From contig NW_027192194.1 in assembly GCF_041956535.1 (NCBI RefSeq), positions 752,009 to 816,008 on the forward strand: DNA of 64,000 nt, read 5' to 3'. Source of the DNA: Calcarisporiella thermophila CBS 279.70. Lineage: Eukaryota; Fungi; Calcarisporiellomycota. This document shows, one piece after another, positions 11,913 to 25,523 of this stretch. The notes beneath the pieces were generated by a model, which was not told the DNA's origin, did no database searches, and saw only the letters and a program-made list of their open reading frames with translations. Position numbers and translations under genes: made by a program. Numbering within the stretch: position 1 is the stretch's first letter; each line of letters starts with the position of its first letter.

Positions 11913-13797
11913 ATGATTGCGACTGAGGTTAATGCTCCAATGCAGGACTCAAAAGCCATAATGTCCATAACCAACAGTGATCCCGAAGAAAACGATTGTG
12001 TTGAAATTGGACGCCCGCCTTCTCTTTCTAACACTGAGGATACATCGCTTCGTAACTCAAGCACAAGTATCTCAACTCTGAACCAATCATCTTTTCTGGG
12101 CTGTGAGAATGAGCTAAACTTGGAGAAGCTCAAGCTTGCTCCTCTGGAAAACAAACTTTTACTCAAAACGGCTGGCCGAAATTCACATTACCGCGCTTCA
12201 TGGTCGGGGGGATTTGGTGGGAAAGATGCATATAATTTCACCTCCCAAAGCGAACTTACCGTACCCACAGAGTTGAGTGATGAGCACAGACCACGCCGAG
12301 CTTCCTATATCGACGTTTCAAAAGATTCCGTTCTGTTTACATTCTCGTTTAGTCAAGAGAGAAAAGGTGGAGGGAATGCAGGCCAATGGGCTGAGGCTGA
12401 AGGCGAAGGAGAAACGGCCCAAAGAGAAAAGCATTGTGACAGAAATGCTTATGACGAGATGGTCGACTGGGGTAAGCATTAAATTTTCACGCCCTTTTTG
12501 CCCTGTTAACCAGCGGCATATTTGTTTTGTTTAGAATTATGGGGTCAATTGGCGTCCGATTTTGATGCTCTCTCCAGGCATAACCCTGAAAAAATCACCC
12601 AAGCGGCCTGGTCCGGAGTGCCTTCTGTATTGCGAGGAATGATATGGCAATTGTTTACTCGGTGCAAAGATCAAAGTCTCGAAATGTTCTACAATGAATT
12701 ACTTAAGAAGGATTGCCCATTTGAAAAATGGATCGCGCTGGACGCAGAGGCTGTAGTAGGGGTAGCAATGGGCGAGGAAGAGAACACCATCAACCGGGAT
12801 AGCATTTTTAACCTAGTAAAAGCCTACGTAGTTCATGATGAGGAAATTGGATATGCACCACAACTTTGCGCCATTGCGAGGACTTTGCTTTTGAATGTTT
12901 GTCAATACAGCTGGTAATTTGCATTCGTCCCCTTTCTCACATTAGTTTATTCTATTAGATGCCTGAGGAGGAAGCTTTCTGCTTACTTGTATGCGTTATG
13001 CAAGGTGGGCTCCGGAATTTTATGAAAATTGAGTCGGAGGAACTTCGTATCTGCATGTATCAGCTTGACCGTCTGTTGGAGGAGTATGTGCCTCATATTT
13101 ATCAACATCTAATTGTTCAAGAGTGCAGCTCAAGTATTTTCGCGAATGAATGGTTTATGACGCTCTTTTCCCACCTTTTACCCGCCAATATCCTGCTGCG
13201 AGTATGGGATGTGATCCTTGCGGAAGGTATGGTTTCTCTATTCCAGTTCGCAATCGCTTTCCTTCAGATGACTGAAGGTGTTATTCTCGGGATGGAGCGA
13301 GAGGAACTGGTAACATATTTAAGGATGGAGCTGTTGGTGTCCGAATGGGTGAGAAATATTCCTTTTTCTTTACTGTTTTGGGCGAATAATAGAGTCTTAA
13401 CTTGGAACCATAGGATGCCGAATCTCTGCTACAATATGCCCGCGCTATTCACATCACCGAGAAACAGTTGAAGAAGCTTGAGCGCGAGCAGAAACTTGAA
13501 GTCCAAAAGACTCAAGAATATTTCAGTCGTGAGAATTCTCGTCTTGATCGCAACATTTCGAATTTGACACGGCAACAGGTCGATGTTGCGAAGAAACTTA
13601 TCGAGAGCAAAGCGAAAATGCAGGAAGTGGCCGAACAAAAGGAGGAACTAGCAAAGCAAAATGCAGATTTGGAGCAACAGCTATTCGCCATTGAGGAGAT
13701 GCTTGTAGAAACTCGAGTGAAGTATGCTAAATGCGAGGATGAAAGAGAAACTCTGTTCCAGCGACTGGCATCTATGAAGAAGACATTGGATAGATAG
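11913..13797 (+). CDS. Rab-GAP TBC-domain protein with C-terminal coiled coil (Gyp5/EVI5-like), probably catalytically degenerate; 4 exons
   Basis: GVPSVLRGMIWQL, MPEEEAFCLLV, FANEWFMTLFS, LLRVWDVILAEG; coiled-coil tail. Confidence 0.9.
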
Positions 13798-14632
13798 AAA
13801 ACCCTTTGCTATTTACAGTATTTATTTCTTGTAGTTTGCATGTTTATTTAGTTAATTATTTACGTTTCAATTTTTACGAGCTGTGATGACTGCCTGCATT
13901 TGTCTAACTTTGATGGAGTGTTGTATCAAGAGTGATTGTTTGCTAGCTAGGAGTTAAACCTCTTACCCCTCTCTTCTCTATTTATCTTTCGTAGACGTTA
14001 TTTTTTGCTCTTGGTGTAGTGTCTATTACATGTCTGTTTATTCGGCTATCGTTTCTTTTGCAAAATGAACCAAAATATAATAAAAAACATAAAATACATT
14101 GTACTAGTTTTAGTTTCATTGTATAAACGTAGATCCATATGAGAGAGCAGTAAAATGTCTATTATTAATCTTTTTTCCACAATAGGCTAATAAGGCTGAA
14201 CACTGCTAAAATAATAAATTTATTAGTGATGGGGAGCACCGTAGGTGAGATTGGCAAGAATTAAAATATGCCGATATTAAGGATGTTAACACCCTTCAAC
14301 CATTTATTGATTTGGATGTATTACCCCAATGTCATGACCCAAAATTTAAGAAAGACAAGGAATCTTTGGCTATTACTTTTTATTGTGCATATTTGATTTG
14401 ATTTGATCTAAAATGCCATTAAAAATAAACACACAATAAACACACTCACGCAAACAAGTAACAAAGATTACAGAGCATGAAAACAAACAAGTCACATAGA
14501 ATCAATTCAATTGATTCAAGATCACCATCGGAATATTTTATAAAGTATATATAAACTAGAAAAAAAAACCAAAATAATACAAGTGAAAAACAAGACGAAA
14601 CTAAAAGGCTATGCCACTATTTACAGCATTGT

Positions 14633-17600
14633 CTAAGCATGATGAATAATTAGGCCAAGATCATCTAGTACTGTTTCTTTGTCGTCTAGCTGTGGCAAAG
14701 GATCAGCAGCTAAACATTAGATAGATTGAGTGATTAATCAAGATCAAGCCAATTCTCAATAGGGATGGGTCTTACCTGAAAGTCGCTTTTCCATTCCAAC
14801 AATTGCCTCAGGGGCACCGTCCATATAATTCAGGCTATTCCGGTTATTACGTTGAGCCTGTTCTGAAAGGAACTTTGGAGACGCTAATGGGCCGAACAAA
14901 GATTCCATTTCACCTAGAAACGACGTACTGGAATAAGAAGCCAGTGCCCCCACATCCAGCATAAACCCTACATTTTTCGTTTCGGTGGCACTTAACGTGT
15001 TAGAATCCTTGCTGTCTAGATTAGGTTCTTCCACGGCCTTTTCAGGCAAATTTGAAGGCGACTGTTTTATACGTATCTCCTTCATTCCGTTCGAAGGTGC
15101 GACGGCCTCCACTACAGAGGGATGGTATACGACTGCAGGGATATTCATATTCTTCTCTAATTTCGGTGCTCGTGGATGCTCCTCCTCAGCTTCCTCTTCC
15201 CACGACTCCTTAATTATTCCAAGTGACTCTGGCTGCTGAGGTGGGGTCAGCTCTTGAACAGGGATGGGAGGAGGTGCACTTTGCGGGGGCGGGGGAGGAA
15301 GTTTTGAAAAATCAAACATTCCACCAACCGACATCTTCACCCCACGTTCCTGTACTACTGATAGCTCACGTGTGTGTTTCTTCGCAGCTATACGAGGGTT
15401 TTCAATATTATTCTTTTCATCCTCATTTCCACGACCGCCACTTCTCTTATCATCCTTCTGGTCCTCTCTCGGCTTTTCTGCTCTCTCTTCTTGCCTATTC
15501 TCCTTCCTAATATTTGCTTGTTTCTGTTTCTGTTCCTGTTCTTCCTCATCATCTTCAAGCATTTTTGGCTCTCGCCCTCCGTCTTGATTCACATAAAATA
15601 TATAGTCAAACTCCGCCATAAGCAAACTAAATACACCAGCTGGGATTCCAAGGGAAGGTGAAAACACGATGCCCATATTGCGCATTGTCATGCGGTTCAC
15701 GTTTGCATTCTGGACAATTCGAATAAGATGAGCAGTAAGTGCTCTGAGTAGTGTGTAATTTGCCAGGGGGAGTGCTGAGACAAGACGACCAAGTTCACGG
15801 ACCCGTTCTCGGCGGTCAAGGAGATCTGTTTAAGTGAAGGGAATTAATAAACTAGTGAAATATTTTAAAAAAAAGCATGTTATTTTGGCTACCGATAACC
15901 CGCATAAAATCCTTATGAAGATCTTTGGTCAAAACGCTCGTGGGAAGTTCTCGAAGATAAAGTTTTAACAACCCAGCAATGGCATGCACGTCGTAATATT
16001 CGCCCGATCCCAGTAAGTCAACGTCACCCTCAATATTGAATCGATCTTTTAACATTTTTATGGTTGCAGAGCTTCCAGAGAGCCGGTAAATACCCTCTTC
16101 TTTTTCAGCTATTGGCCAAATAAAGTAGATATGTTTAAAACGGTCAACTTATATTGATTTGCAATATATATAGTTTTACCATTTTTCGCTTCCAAGTATT
16201 CGATACAGCGATACACAACAGCGGGCAACTCATAGCCTTCTTTCACACGGGATACCCGAACAGCTACCTGTAGGGGTACACCAAAAACTATTTTCTGAGG
16301 AGGGGATAGCTCGTCACGCGAGTGTTGCCTACGATCACTATCCTGCGGAGAGAAGCTTCCAGGCCCAGCCGAGCTTAAAGATTCGGAGCGAAACATGCGA
16401 GGCCATGCAAAGGTAAGTCGGCTTTTCTGGTTTTTTCGTAGTGCAGACATAGGGTTTACATCACTTTCGCCTCCCTGCGTCATACCTGGTGGAGTTGCAG
16501 AACGCTCTTGACTTGGCCCATGATCACTATTATTCCCAAACTGGTGCGCTTCTGGAGCCGCGGTATCCATAGCTGGGTTATTTGAATTGGATGGGTCGAA
16601 ATAGGTGTGTAGCGGAGCACCTGATTGATCTTGCAAAGTCCGTGGGTGGTAATTATATCTCGATTGCTGAGGATTATGTTGTTCCGCCACAGGTCCACGT
16701 AAATTAGATCCATCATTTCTTGGATTAAAATTACCAGAAGATGATGGGAGAGGAGAGGTATTTGATTGAGATGTAACGATGCCACCTGTATCAGGTTCCA
16801 AATGCCCGCCTTTTGGGAAATTTTTCTGCGCTGCAGTGCTCGGATCCGAGTTTGAGCGCGCGGGAATATCCTTCGATTCTTCATGAGACATATTTCTTGA
16901 AACTCGATGATGGTTCTGTTTTTCTAAAACACGACTGTCATCTTTTGATGGAAAATATGCCCGCCCAGCAGGTATTATATTATTTGTTTTCTGGCGAGCT
17001 TGTTGCAAATTCTGTTGCTGGTGGTGGTGCTGTTGTTGCAGTTGCGGATGCAGATGTTGTTGCGGCTGATGGCGATGCTGCTGCTGTTGGTAATTCTGTA
17101 GCCTCTGTTGATGATTTTGGTGTTGCTGATTTGGTTGATGTAGTTCACCCATAGTAGCCAAGTCCGATGTGGTCCGCTCTGGAACTCCAACCCATTTTGC
17201 AAGCGCATTTACCCACTCGTCTCGCTCCTCGTCCGATTCTGCACATAGAATATGTCTTAAGACACTGGAGGAGCCGGGCCTCTTTGGTTCGAGGATAAGA
17301 AATGCGTGACGATAGTTGTCTCCACCCGGAGCACCAGACGACACGTCTGTAGGGACAAGATGCCGGCCGATCTGGGAATATGTTAATTTAATTGATCCAA
17401 GCCACTGTCCATCCTTCTGTAATATTGAAATACATAAGTCTATAGGGGTAAAAAAAATAAGCGAAAGTAGTGTCTTACATTTTCAAAGTAATCCAAGACA
17501 GGGCCACTCTTCAATACAAAATAGCGTTTTTTCCATCCTCCAAAATTTTTACCCCGCTTGATCAAATATCCCTCCTTGTGCCCAATTCCCTTAATAATAA

Positions 17601-19773
17601 ATGGATTTTTATGATTAGGAAAAAAAAACTATACATTGAATGAAAAATTCACTTACTTTTGCTGTGATATTTTTCTTATTGTCAACGACGTCGGTGCTTA
17701 AAAATTCACAGATATCACTGGCATCTGTAAAGGGTAAGGATACGATATGTTGTAAATACTTCTGAAGAAGAACCTAGAGAAAAATAAGTGAAAATTAGTT
17801 TTTGTAAGTATCTAGTCAACAGTGGAAATGTACCTTTCTCTGGTCAACAATCGAGGGAACGTTGCTATTGAACATGCTCTTATCCGGAAGCTTGATAGCG
17901 CTATCGGGGGTTGATTTATTCTCTTTACGTTTGATCTAATTGAGATTGAAAATGTATATGTCAGATAGCAAAGATATAAGAACACATAATGCGTGTTCAC
18001 CTTAGAATCAAGTGCCAGAAAATCCGAGTACAGCTTCTCCACACGCCAAAGCTCCTCCAATTTACCAGCTGCATTTAGCTTATTCACGGTTACCACAAAA
18101 CATAATACTTCCTTTCCTTTCTCATTTATGCGAACTGTACTCCCGATCACTTTAACGATTATTCCAGAAACACCCCCCAGTGAAATTGGAGCCTCGTCTT
18201 GGGTGGCCGGAGAAATAGGCTGTTGTTTCGGAGCAGATTCCCGTGGCAATGTAATTCTACTGGGATCCGTGTATGTTTGTTGAGGAGGAGTGCTAGTGTT
18301 TAGAGTGGCCTCAGAGGTCGTCAAGGGGTCCTTTGCTTCTCTTGGTAAGGGCCTTTGATCTTTAACTTTTCTTTGTGCAGACTCTGTATCTATCTCCAGG
18401 AATTGTCGGGTAACAGTCATCGAAGGCATTTCCGCTGCGGAGGGCGGGGAGACCTTATATGGAATAGCATTTAGAAATACGCTTTCTCGATTTGATCTCT
18501 TCGCTTTTGCAGAAGGAGAAGACTTCGCATTAGGGCCGCTATTAGCTTTAGCATCTTGTTCTGCAGGAGAAGGTTGCTTGGGAGGTGGAGAAGCTCGAGA
18601 ATTTGGTTCATGCTCCGGAAAAGGTTTTGGCGGAGGATACATAGATGAGCGAGCACGCGACGATTTGTTTTGAGAAGGAACCGGTTTTTTGGCATGCAAT
18701 GCCACAGGAGAGGTTGATGATGTCGGTTTTGGCTTGAGTACTACTGTAACATCCGTTGAGACCCCGTTTGGCACCTTAGGTGGCGAAGAACTCATTTGAG
18801 CCGAAACGTCCTGGTCGATTTCAAACCTCACACTAAGTGGACCTTGCTTCTTTCTATTAGGCACAGCTCCATCGCTCGCAATAGACGTTTTTTGTTCTGG
18901 AGTATGAGGCGGAGATGAACCGGAAGATTTGTCGGTGTGTATCGGGTCAATGATTTGCGGTGGTTTTGGAGATGTATCCCGTGCTATTGTGCTCTTTTCC
19001 GATGCCCTGTTGGAGGACGGGGAAGTAGATATCTCAGGAGCTGCATTTGCCTTTGATTGCACCGAGTCCTTTGACTTTATCGGCTTGTTTCGGTATAATG
19101 CTTCTGTTTGAGAATCCCATGGAATGGAAAGGCTTGCAAGAGAATCGTCTGGAAGGTTTTCAAGTATAGAGAGGAGTCGACTATCGAGGATTCGCTCTTC
19201 GGCCTTCAGAAGCGCTATATCAGAAGTTTCTCCATTATGTGAGGCAGTATCTTCGCTCTTGGTAACCAAAGCCTCTTCGAGAACCAGTTTCGAAACAGGG
19301 CTCAGAGGACGAGGTTCGGATTGCTTATTGGAAGTGGAGTCAGTTAAATTTGAAGAATCGGTGACTTTTGCGGCTGGCGTTTGAAAAGTGTTTCCGCTTG
19401 ATAACGTGATATTACCGCTACTTGAATTTGAGGCCGCAGAGGATGCTGTTTCAAGCAGTACCTGTACAGAGAATTCCAAATCTTTGTTTGCTTGGCTTAA
19501 TTTATCCTTTTCCTCGGTCACTAATTGCAGATTCGCTTGCAGACTCTGAATCACTCTCCGCTGTTTTTCCACCATTCTCCAAAGCTGATCATTTTGCGAA
19601 CGCAGAGTGGCCTTTTCACTGAGAAGTTGAGTAATACGAGATTGCATCTCAACTTGTGCAGCGATAGCACCAGTATTTAAAGCAACCTCCTTGCCAGAAT
19701 CATGTGAGGGTATACTTGGGCTAATGGTCGATGTAGAGAGGGGAACAGCGGCACTATTCCCTGAATTTGACAT
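14633..19773 (-). CDS. BEM3: Rho GTPase-activating protein with coiled coil, PX, PH and RhoGAP domains (Bem3-like); multi-exon
   Basis: WRVEKLYSDFLALD (PX); HILCAESDEERDEWV (PH); VFGVPL..LPAVVYRCIEYL, EGIYRLSG arginine finger, IAGLLKLYLRELP, NRMTMRNMGIVFSP (RhoGAP). Confidence 0.92.
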
Positions 19774-21230
19774 AGAACCAAAATGCTTGGGATATTTGCA
19801 AGATCTGGAAACAAGAGAAAGAAGATTAAAGTTCTAGGAAAAAAAAATTGATGAGCAAGATGAAAAAGAGAATATCAAGAAAATAAATAAATTAAAGAAT
19901 GAGTTAGGGTGATATAGGGAGAAAAAACTATTGAAATCTATGGGCGGATCAAAGTAGAAAAAATATCTACTAAATTTTAAATAACAATTGATTGTGGATG
20001 ATCTATAAAGTTGAGGATAATAAATACATACCAGAAGACCCGCAACTAATTAAAGATGATCGAGGTGTGTGCAACGTGACTTTTCCTGGGCCATCCAAAA
20101 AGAGGGAACTAATGCATAAGCGACCTTTAAATTTTGTAGTGACGAGCCCCTATAACGCTGCCACATAAAGATTCTTATAAATTTTCCAGTTCTGATACCT
20201 ATTGTCATTGTTTATATTTGCATTATAATTTTGTATGCGGGTTATGAATATTTACTTTGTTACATATAGAATATCGAAACAAACACTCTCAATTAATCTA
20301 AGCTAATTCAGTGCTGGTAAAGCCCAAATCATCTGCCCTTCAACATTATGAATGATTAAGTCGACACAGAACATATTTAATAGCAAAAAAAACGAATCAA
20401 GAAAAATTCTACTTATCAATTAAATTCAATGTCATGCCATATCAATAGAGGATTACAACTATAGGTTCTATATTTCTTTTGAATTACTCGCACTTTCAAT
20501 CATTGCATACATCTATAGTGACACACTGTTTATATCTTGTTACAAATTAATAATATTCTGTATACGTTTGGATTGCAAATTTCAACTCTTCCATCCACAT
20601 AGTAATCTCGTGTAATTATGTAAGTTTGGGTTGCGATAATATTATCCTATTATACTTCCCCTGAAAGAATAATATATTCCAATAATACTGGGAAGAGTGT
20701 GATATTGGCTCTTCTTTTTTTTAATGACTCGATATTCTCATGAATGTTGGATTCCAGATTAGAAAAAATGAAGGATTCGGAGGGGATTAAGTAGAACTTT
20801 GCTTTGATAAGATGAGCAAATAAAAGCTTGTAGCAAATGAGTTAGTAAAATCGTGCACAATCAATTCATCTTTACCATTTTGAACTGTTCTTTCACGTTT
20901 ATCAGTTCTGGATTAAGCTACAGGTGCTTATAATTTTGGTCAAGAAACTCGCATTACTTAAATTTTAAGAAATCCCCTTTTTTCTGCAAAGAAGGTTTAG
21001 CGTAATTAATTTTGTGCCTGTCGATCCTAATGCCTCTCACCTGAGTTTAATGGGATTGCACAACGATTGGTCACTGCACACTCTTGTTTTTGGACATGCA
21101 AGCGAATTAATTGCGACAAAAAAAAACGAGATCGTTAGCCGTGATATGCACGGGTTTAAATACTTTGACTCTCATAATACCCTTCACACTTGCTCCCATC
21201 CTTCCTTTATCATAACACGGCCCATTCACT

Positions 21231-22188
21231 ATGCATCGCATCTCCCATCTTCTAGCACTTATCGTAATCTGTTCATTATTCAATGTATTTGCATTGGCCG
21301 CACCTGCAAAGCACATGGTCGGCGGCGACATTCTCCGTCGCGATGGTGGAACAGCATCTGCGAAGATTATCACACAGTGTTCTGTTCCTGGTACCTTCGC
21401 TATAACATTTGACGACGGACCCCATCCCACATATACCAATCAATTGTTGGAATTTTTGAAACAAAAAAATCTTAAGGCAACGTAAGTGGGCATTTTTTGA
21501 TGGCGATTTCGAGATATCTTAATATAGAAAACATCAGATTTTTTGTGAATGGTCAAAATTATGGAAATATCCGGGACAATTCCGCTATAGTACAAAGAGC
21601 ATTTCAAGATGGACATCTCATTGCCTCACATACTTGGTCTCATAAAGATCTTACCACTCTAGATGAGAATGGGATTAAAACCGAAATGATTCAGTTAGAA
21701 GAGGCACTGAAGGACATTATCCAAGTCCGCCCTATGTAAGCTACTATATTTTTCTATCACTTCATATTTTTCCTATTGACTTCTCCACTTCAAAGATACA
21801 TGCGCCCCCCTTATGGAAATGTAGATGATAGAGTGCTAGGAATCCTCGATAGAATGGGGTACAAAGTGATCAAATGGGATATCGACACTAATGACTTCAA
21901 CGAGAACTTAGAGTCGTCGAAGCAAGCTTATCAAACTAAGTTGCAAAGCCTCAATGCACAAGATAGCGGTCATATGTATATACCAATAATTCTACTTTAG
22001 GATAAACGCTAAGTGTTCATAACCTCTTTTTTCTCTCTAGATCCCTTCAGCACGATACTCATGAAATCACTGTGAGAGATCTCGCGCCCTGGGCATATGA
22101 ATATATTGATAAAATGCATTATAAAGCCGTTACGGTTGCTGAGTGCCTCGGGAACTCAAATCCCTCCACCTGGTACAATCGGGTATAA
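21231..22188 (+). CDS. Secreted CE4 polysaccharide (chitin) deacetylase 1; exons 21231-21481, 21538-21735, 21796-21975, 22041-22188
   Basis: Signal peptide; all five NodB motifs present: TFDDGP, HTWSH, RPPYG, DTNDF, LQHD. Confidence 0.95.
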
Positions 22189-22896
22189 TCAGGCTTAAAT
22201 TTTGTCTTCCGCTTGTTATATTTTATAATTTTGTTATTAATTTCACCAACACTAATTTTCACCCAACATCCCTTCAAATCTAATTAGTCAAAGGATCGAG
22301 TATCCTTGTTTTCAATTAAGAAATTCATAAACAGTAAAGAAGTTTTTTACATAGGCTCTGCTTCAAATATTATGAGAATATATGTCATTTATTCGGAAAA
22401 AAAGCAACCCTACCGAATATTTTCGGTATATGGGTTGTGCTGAAATTTTTCTGTTCGTTGAATATACTTGATTTAATAAAGATTTTAAGTAAATATTCTA
22501 TGAGACATGTTGAGGTCCTTCTCTTAAATAATATTTTATTACCGACTGATACAAGATATCACAATGAGCAATATACTGTATTGAAATAGCTTTACTAACT
22601 TTAGGTATATCAAAGAAGATTAAGAGTATAATTTACCAGTATAGTAACAGCCAAGTTAGACAAATTATAATCTCCATCTACATCTTCCAATAGGATGCTC
22701 TTCGGTGACTCTGCTTTAAAGAATTGTATTAGTTATTATATTTAATAATAATACAATATGAATAGAAATCAAAGTTTTGGTATATTGCAAATCTCATGCT
22801 AGATAAATCACTCTTAGAAAAGCCCGCCAGGTCATCTAGCTCGTTTTCTCTAATTCAGGTACATCGGAGAACTTCTTTCTGCTCTGTAAAGAGAGC

Positions 22897-25387
22897 TTAT
22901 ATAATGCCGGCTTCGCGTTTATCAGGTTGTAACTCAATCTGTTCATCATCCTCTACTGCTTGGTCAATTCTCAGTGGTTTTCTGCCATACGTACACACTA
23001 CATCAATAGTGATACCACTCATGCCCAGCTCTTGGTATACGTTTCGTAGCAGCTCATCATATTCTTCCGGACTTAAAAACATCACTTGAGCTAGATGTGG
23101 TTTCATTGCACTCAGAAACTGCATCCATTGTTCCAGTCCAGAACTCCCGTCTCTATATGAGTGTTTACCGACCGGAAAACTCTGAATCAGTGAGTGAACA
23201 TCCTGAGCACCGATTATTTCCAGATAGCCACCAACTCTATTAGTCCAAGATGGGTGAATGTCGCGTGCACGCAGTGTATTATAAACTGTTATAGAGCATG
23301 GCCAATGTCATTTACCTCATCCAATTCATGCATACAATATAATTCACTTACTTCCATCCGCAAGCTTCCTGAGAGCACCTTCTTCACATTGGATAGAGTA
23401 ATCTACAGTTGATTGCGAGTAGCGTTAGCAAACTAATACTTAATGCTGTTCAGTATTCTCTAGTATTCTACCTACCAGCATCAACCAGTTCCACATAACC
23501 TCCAGGCTTGAGGATCCTTACCACCTCTCCAATTACTTCAGGCCACTCTCCTTGAAATATTCCGAAACTCATGTGGCGAATGTATACGAAGTCAAATTCA
23601 TTGTCTTCGAATGGCAGCCTCTTGAGAATATTAACGATCTGAAATATGCAGTTAACTGGCTTGATGTGGTTGGGGAACATGTTGTAGATGTCGATACCAT
23701 AGAACTGACTATTCGGATATTCTGTAGCCATTTCCATGGTCCATGTGCCTGGTCCACATCTAGGGAAAATACAAGAAACGTCAGCGCCTATCCAAAACAC
23801 TTTTAAGAGCAACATATACCCTGCATCTAGCACCTTGGCTCCATCCTGCAGAAAGGCGTGAACAGGTGATAGAAAATTGCGGTTGCCGAATAATGTACTG
23901 ATAGCGAGGATAAAGTATGAATAACCTTCCAATCTACTCTACAAAAGGGATGTGTACCGGAAGAAATAGTGCTGGCTTATTAATCGATCGAGCTCCTCTT
24001 CGTCGTTAGGCAAGATATAGTGGATCCCTGCATTTATGATCCAGTTTTTAAGTAATATCAGTAATATTATCTGAAAAACTTACCTGGGCTGGCGCAGAAT
24101 CTCCTTCCCAGCATCCATTTGTTTCCACCATCGTCGATCGACGAATCCGGCAAATCTTCGGTTGAAAAAACGAACTGCTGCTGACCAGGTTTGGTTGTTG
24201 TATTGTGATTTGTGTTCAATTGAGCCAATTGCTCTGGCAATATTGTTTCTTCTCTTTCAGGCGTACGCAAGACATCCATGAACCTAACTCTCCGAGCAAG
24301 AGATGAAGATGTCACTTCATTATTCGGTGTTGATGTACAACCGGGTTTATTCTGCATCCATGAGTCCAGATGCGCGAGTGTGTCTCCTCCGTCCAACTTG
24401 GTGGATGCATAGGATATACTTTGAGATTTCGACTGAGGTCCCTTTGATTTGTTAAAGGAGAATTCTCTGATGGCGCTTGAGAAAGTTGGGTTAAAAAAGA
24501 AGATAACCAGGTTGAAAACCCCTTGCAATCCAGTCAAGATTGCCTTAGCTTTTCCAGTGGAATCACCAAAAGAAGTATTGCGGGATTTTGTTACATACAA
24601 AAGAAGAAGTATGCACTCGGCCGGCAGGCATATGATAAGTACCAGTGGGTATCCAAGGAGTCGAATCATAGAAGTCATGACAAGACGTTCTCTAAGACGA
24701 TATTGCTCTCCACGAAGGTCAACCTCTCTTCTTTCACGGGATATCGTAGTGAAGACTTTAATTGCACATGCAAAGATGACAGTGAAGGAATACAAGATGC
24801 AGGCAAAAACGACAACGCTGACCAACACGGTATTAGCCAGCTCTATTTCATAAGGCCAATTTAAGATTAATATTTTCTATTACATGTACACAATGCTTAG
24901 AACCCTATATATACTTTAAGATATCAAATAACCTTACCAGTTTCGAATTATATAGCAAGTTCCCGTAGAAAAGTAAAGGTGATGAAAAGGCAAAAGATAC
25001 TAAAGTGGATAGAGGAAGATACCACCTCTGAAAACTAGCAACATTTAAGTGCTTATGGAAGGCTGAAAGATGAAGATCAAATGCAATGCTCACAGTGAGT
25101 AGTGAGAACCACATAGGGAAAAAGTAATAAGACCAAAGAATAATTCGGCCAAACCAAAGATTGTTAGGTATAACCGCATCACAGAAATCTCTTTCCGCCC
25201 ATACGACGTATAGACTTCGATAGAGAGCATCAGCTAGACCAATCCAGAAGCTAAGTCTAAAAGATATGCTGCAAGTTGCCAGAGGCTGGGTATAACGAAG
25301 GAAAGCCACCAGAATCATTATGAGTGTAGCGCACACAATTGAGGCGAGGTTGATCGCGAGCTCCCCCTCTGATATTGCAAACTTCAT
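22897..25387 (-). CDS. 7TM GPCR-like receptor (cAMP-receptor/Git3-like) fused to a C-terminal LaeA-like class I SAM methyltransferase, 704 aa; exons 25387-24938, 24876-24084, 24027-23958, 23897-23820, 23759-23476, 23402-23352, 23285-22897
   Basis: Seven hydrophobic helices including RLLGYPLVLIIC (TM6) and GLQGVFNLVIFFFNP (TM7); the same exon continues without a stop into WMLGRRF; spliced YILPNDEEELDRLISQH, VLDAGCGPGTW, FYGIDI, LPFEDNEFDFVYIR, ILKPGGYVELVD; six GT-AG introns; exons total 2115 nt with no internal stop. Confidence 0.88.
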
Positions 25388-25523
25388 CAATTACCTTAGA
25401 AGAACGCAGGTCAAACTAAAGCTGAAAAGCTATATACAATATACAATTGCACTTACTTATAGGGCAAAGAGGAGAAGAGTATGCTTCCAACTCGCCTTGC
25501 CCGCACTTTAACCACAGCATATT

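Noticed and set aside
22790-22896. Extra coding exon after the fusion stop (RENELDDLAGFSK vs RDIKLDNLADYAR at about 32200-32250)
   Set aside because: Similarity looks no higher than between the paralogs' introns; no convincing donor; in-frame stops precede it
21231-25387. NodB/NodS-like pathway (deacetylase plus N-methyltransferase) for chito-oligosaccharide signals
   Set aside because: The CE4s are secreted while the methyltransferase is predicted cytoplasmic and LaeA-like; no chitin synthase or acyltransferase nearby
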